IMG/VR virus record: IMGVR_UViG_3300025699_000047
Span: 1-26,290 of that record
DNA length: 26,290 bases
Direction: 5' to 3' (one strand)
DNA from: a virus
Lineage: Duplodnaviria; Caudoviricetes
Part shown: in pieces, positions 24,078 through 26,290 of the stretch
Numbering within the stretch: position 1 is the first letter of the stretch
Layout: each line of letters starts with the position of its first letter
Notes under the pieces: model-generated
Databases searched by the model: none
What the model saw: the letters and a program-made list of their open reading frames with translations, nothing else
What the model was told of the DNA's origin: nothing
Program-made: the position numbers and the translations under genes

Positions 24078-24265
24078 CTGTCTGCTCCTATTATTTTTTC
24101 TATTCTATCTAACTTCTTTAATCGTTTAGTTATATATTTTACATCTTTAATACAAGCTTTATAATCTTCATCACTATCATAACTTACTCTATCAAAGTGT
24201 TCTTGTAAATACATATCAACATTATTTAAATCGTTATGTATTTTACCTACATAATATCCACTCAT
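24074..24265 (-). CDS. Hypothetical protein (63 aa, MSGYYVGKIH...)
   Basis: ATG at 24265 coupled by ATGA to the upstream 36-aa ORF; preferred to the TTG start at 24343. Confidence 0.65.
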   Translation of the reverse strand: MSGYYVGKIHNDLNNVDMYLQEHFDRVSYDSDEDYKACIKDVKYITKRLKKLDRIEKIIGADR

Positions 24266-24372
24266 ATAAGTATCACACCTAATATAAATCCTACTACAAA
24301 ACACAACCACTCTCTTCTGTAATATAATTCTATTGCTTTCCAATCACTCTTAGTCTTACCAAAAATTAACAT
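24262..24372 (-). CDS. 36-aa tail-anchored membrane peptide (not in ORF track)
   Basis: MLIFGKTKSDWKAIELYYRREWLCFVVGFILGVILI*; AAGGAG RBS. Confidence 0.7.
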   Translation of the reverse strand: MLIFGKTKSDWKAIELYYRREWLCFVVGFILGVILI

Positions 24373-24524
24373 TCAATTTCTCCTTCTAGTTCAGTTAAGT
24401 AGTCATCAATATATTGTGCAACTTCATCTGGTATATCTAAAATTTTTTCTTCCTTACCATTTGACCACTTAATATCTAATGCCCAACTATCTATTCTTAA
24501 GTCTCCTCTGTTATCTACACTCAT
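24366..24524 (-). CDS. Acidic hypothetical protein (52 aa; not in ORF track)
   Basis: MSVDNRGDLRIDSWALDIKWSNGKEEKILDIPDEVAQYIDDYLTELEGEIEC*; ATGA coupling. Confidence 0.65.
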   Translation of the reverse strand: MSVDNRGDLRIDSWALDIKWSNGKEEKILDIPDEVAQYIDDYLTELEGEIEC

Positions 24525-24778
24525 ATTCCTACATCCTCTCTACTGTAATACTCTTGCTCATTTTCTTTTTCATATACTGCTTTGTTATATGCGTTGCTTA
24601 CTACCTTCTCATCTAAAAAATATCCATTGTTATTCTTATGCCAATACTTTTTAAATAAAATAGTTTGTACTTCTGGAAGACTAACTGTTTCATGTCCTCT
24701 CTCTAAGCTAGTCCTACTCATTACAATATCCATTACCTCTTCTTCAACATCTACGATTGCTTGTTTAACTTTGCCCAT
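24521..24778 (-). CDS. Hypothetical protein (85 aa)
   Basis: GAGGAG RBS; MGKVKQ start. Confidence 0.75.
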   Translation of the reverse strand: MGKVKQAIVDVEEEVMDIVMSRTSLERGHETVSLPEVQTILFKKYWHKNNNGYFLDEKVVSNAYNKAVYEKENEQEYYSREDVGI

Positions 24779-24906
24779 GTATCTAACTCCTCTTGTTTAT
24801 AGTTTAACGATTTGATTAAGCCCACTACACTCCAATGTTTTTCATAAGCTAACTGTCCTACTGTCTTTCTATCTGGTTTAACTTTAGTTCTATATTTCTT
24901 TTCCAT
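24751..24906 (-). CDS. Hypothetical protein (51 aa; not in ORF track)
   Basis: MEKKYRTKVKPDRKTVGQLAYEKHWSVVGLIKSLNYKQEELDTWAKLNKQS*; GGAGG RBS; TAATG coupling. Confidence 0.6.
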   Translation of the reverse strand: MEKKYRTKVKPDRKTVGQLAYEKHWSVVGLIKSLNYKQEELDTWAKLNKQS

Positions 24907-25139
24907 TATATTATACCTCCCATTTCAAAATCAAACTCTAACTTTTCTATTAAAGTTTCTCTTATATCTTCATGTAATTTTTCTTTACCATCAAATGAAA
25001 ATATATTTATCTCATCTGAATAAAAATCTTTGATAGCTGTCTCCATAATATCAAAGTCTTGCCTACCTCTTACTATCTCTATCAGTAATTTTATTTCTTC
25101 TATACTGAAATGGTCTTTAATTTCTTTAATTGTTTTCAT
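24906..25139 (-). CDS. Acidic hypothetical protein (77 aa)
   Basis: AAGGAG RBS; ORF track. Confidence 0.7.
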   Translation of the reverse strand: MKTIKEIKDHFSIEEIKLLIEIVRGRQDFDIMETAIKDFYSDEINIFSFDGKEKLHEDIRETLIEKLEFDFEMGGII

Positions 25140-25140
25140 A

Positions 25141-25350
25141 CTACTTTACTCCTTTGTATTTATTAAACCTATCTTTATTGAAAGGTGTTTTAACTATACC
25201 ATCTTGACCCTCAGTATCTGATAAAGAATACTTTGAGTTAGGGTCATCCTCTCTGTACTCTTGCAGTAGTTCAACTGCTTGTTGTTGTGTCCAAGCTACA
25301 TCAACTGCAAACATTGGTTCACCTTGCATTTTACATTTAATAAATAACAT
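25141..25350 (-). CDS. Hypothetical protein (69 aa)
   Basis: AAGGAG RBS 4 nt upstream of ATG. Confidence 0.7.
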   Translation of the reverse strand: MLFIKCKMQGEPMFAVDVAWTQQQAVELLQEYREDDPNSKYSLSDTEGQDGIVKTPFNKDRFNKYKGVK

Positions 25351-25481
25351 ACTACTCCTTTGTTGTATTAATGTTCTACCAAAGTATTGTGTTTAAACTT
25401 AGGCAGTTTCTTGTCGGCATTATGTTTAACCATAATTAGTTTAACAGTAAAGTGTGACATAACATCACAGTTATTAGATGT

Positions 25482-25497
25482 TCTATTATACATATAA
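25482..25497 (-). promoter_or_regulatory. Putative promoter -10 region
   Basis: TTATATGTATAATAGA, nearly identical to TTATATTGTATAATAGA at 21508-21524; -35 is poor; lies in a 220-bp AT-rich gap. Confidence 0.5.
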
Positions 25498-25570
25498 AAA
25501 TTTATGGTATAAGTATATAAATAATATTTTTAGGGTTATTAATAATAATAATATTAACATATCTAATTAT

Positions 25571-25756
25571 CTATTTAGTATACCAATAGTCATCTAAGTT
25601 TTCTTGAGTATACTCTACCACCTTAAACTCTTGTCCTCTCTTCTTACTCTTCCTTGCAAACTCTTTAGCAGTTTCTTCTTCAGAGAAAATTGTATTAGTA
25701 AATAGATTAAACTCTTTATCTTTTTGTTTCTTAAAAATTATAAAGTACATCTGCAT
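25571..25756 (-). CDS. Hypothetical protein (61 aa)
   Basis: ORF track; TAATG coupling. Confidence 0.7.
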   Translation of the reverse strand: MQMYFIIFKKQKDKEFNLFTNTIFSEEETAKEFARKSKKRGQEFKVVEYTQENLDDYWYTK

Positions 25757-25950
25757 TAAAGTATCTCTCTCTCAACTTCAAATGAAAATCTATTAGTCAT
25801 CTTCAAATAATCTATGTTATGTTTAGTCAATGCTTGTTGTCCATATATAACTGGCAACCAACAATCATCTTTGTTAACTACATAATATAAATCCTTACCA
25901 TACTTATTCATTTTCCTTACCATTATATGTATCTTACTTTGTTCACTCAT
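25756..25950 (-). CDS. Hypothetical protein (64 aa)
   Basis: AAGGAG RBS; TAATG coupling. Confidence 0.7.
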   Translation of the reverse strand: MSEQSKIHIMVRKMNKYGKDLYYVVNKDDCWLPVIYGQQALTKHNIDYLKMTNRFSFEVEREIL

Positions 25951-26174
25951 TATTTATTCTCCTTGTTTATATATGTTCTTACAGATGATGATAGATTTTC
26001 TATCTCTCTATAAATACTTTCTCCATCCCAATATTCAAAGGGTTGCCATGCTAATTGTTCAAGTGTAGAAAATAGTTTATCATCTTCCATAACATCCCAA
26101 TCTTTAGGTAAGTCTGAACTTAAATAAAAACTACTTGCCCACTCAAAGTCTTTGTTCTCTTTTAGTTCACTCAT
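25950..26174 (-). CDS. Acidic Trp-rich hypothetical protein (74 aa)
   Basis: AGGAG RBS; ATGA coupling. Confidence 0.75.
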   Translation of the reverse strand: MSELKENKDFEWASSFYLSSDLPKDWDVMEDDKLFSTLEQLAWQPFEYWDGESIYREIENLSSSVRTYINKENK

Positions 26175-26201
26175 TGTTCTACTCCTGTTCTTGCTTTGTT
26201 C
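26154..26201. repeat. Five phased GTTC units (GTTC-N7)x4-GTTC; candidate tandem alphaproteobacterial LexA boxes
   Basis: GTTC tctttta GTTC actcatt GTTC tactcct GTTC ttgcttt GTTC, starting at 26154, 26165, 26176, 26187 and 26198. Confidence 0.7.
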
Positions 26202-26290
26202 GTTGGTATCATCACACCTTTAGGTGCAAAGTCTCTGCCTTTACTTGTCTTAATACTATCATAGATAACTTCTACTCTAGTATGTATATC
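26171..26290 (-). CDS. Partial (5'-truncated) hypothetical protein
   Basis: Open frame from the window edge, DIHTRVEVIYDSIKTSKGRDFAPKGVMIPTNKARTGVEQ*, ending in an ATGA overlap with 26174. Confidence 0.6.
   Translation of the reverse strand, partial: DIHTRVEVIYDSIKTSKGRDFAPKGVMIPTNKARTGVEQ

Noticed and set aside
20597-25221. Plus-strand ORFs 20597-20836, 21940-22134, 22314-22496, 24582-24815 and 25030-25221
   Set aside because: Antisense to a tightly tiled minus-strand gene block.
25426-25445. TTAACCAT and a second TTAAC as a CtrA site
   Set aside because: Spacing does not fit TTAA-N7-TTAA, and such words are common in very AT-rich DNA.
24906-26174. Acidic 77-aa and 74-aa early proteins as Ocr-like DNA mimics
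   Set aside because: Only moderate acidity and no recognisable motif; would need structure prediction.
1-26290. tRNA, intron/intein, integrase/att, phage RNA polymerase, alternative genetic code
   Set aside because: No supporting motifs seen. Genes tile densely under the standard code, using TAA, TAG and TGA as stops, and the polymerase and helicase are uninterrupted.

Overview
This is an AT-rich (roughly 30% GC by eye) piece of a tailed dsDNA phage genome with two convergent gene blocks. The plus strand (1-13383) is the end of the virion/lysis region. It holds large Q/N/A- and G-rich candidate internal (ejection) proteins, a 1527-aa protein ending in a pesticin/T4-lysozyme-like muramidase, three small basic proteins (a split DUF5872) and a run of small membrane proteins. 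The minus strand (26290-13380) carries about 30 small early-type ORFs, including an alphaproteobacterial-type LexA DNA-binding domain, a free-standing LAGLIDADG protein and a small lipoprotein. These are followed by a T7-like replication module: SSB, primase-helicase, family A DNA polymerase (Tyr762 type), PD-(D/E)XK exonuclease and DUF3310. No RNA polymerase, integrase, tRNA or CRISPR array is visible, and several sigma70-type promoters are present. Composition and gene content suggest a marine podovirus of an alphaproteobacterial (SAR11-like) host; this is inference. The most striking signals are: (1) five GTTC units at exact 11-bp spacing (tandem alphaproteobacterial SOS-box geometry) over an early gene junction, in a genome encoding a protease-less LexA domain; (2) peptide signals shared between and within the candidate ejection proteins (RKKYATGD, LSLSNLxGV); (3) a terminator-capped ssb 3' UTR complementary to an early-gene ribosome binding site; (4) systematic GATC avoidance; (5) an SSB-tail mimic. 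Many short ORFs below the ORF-track cutoff were translated by hand.
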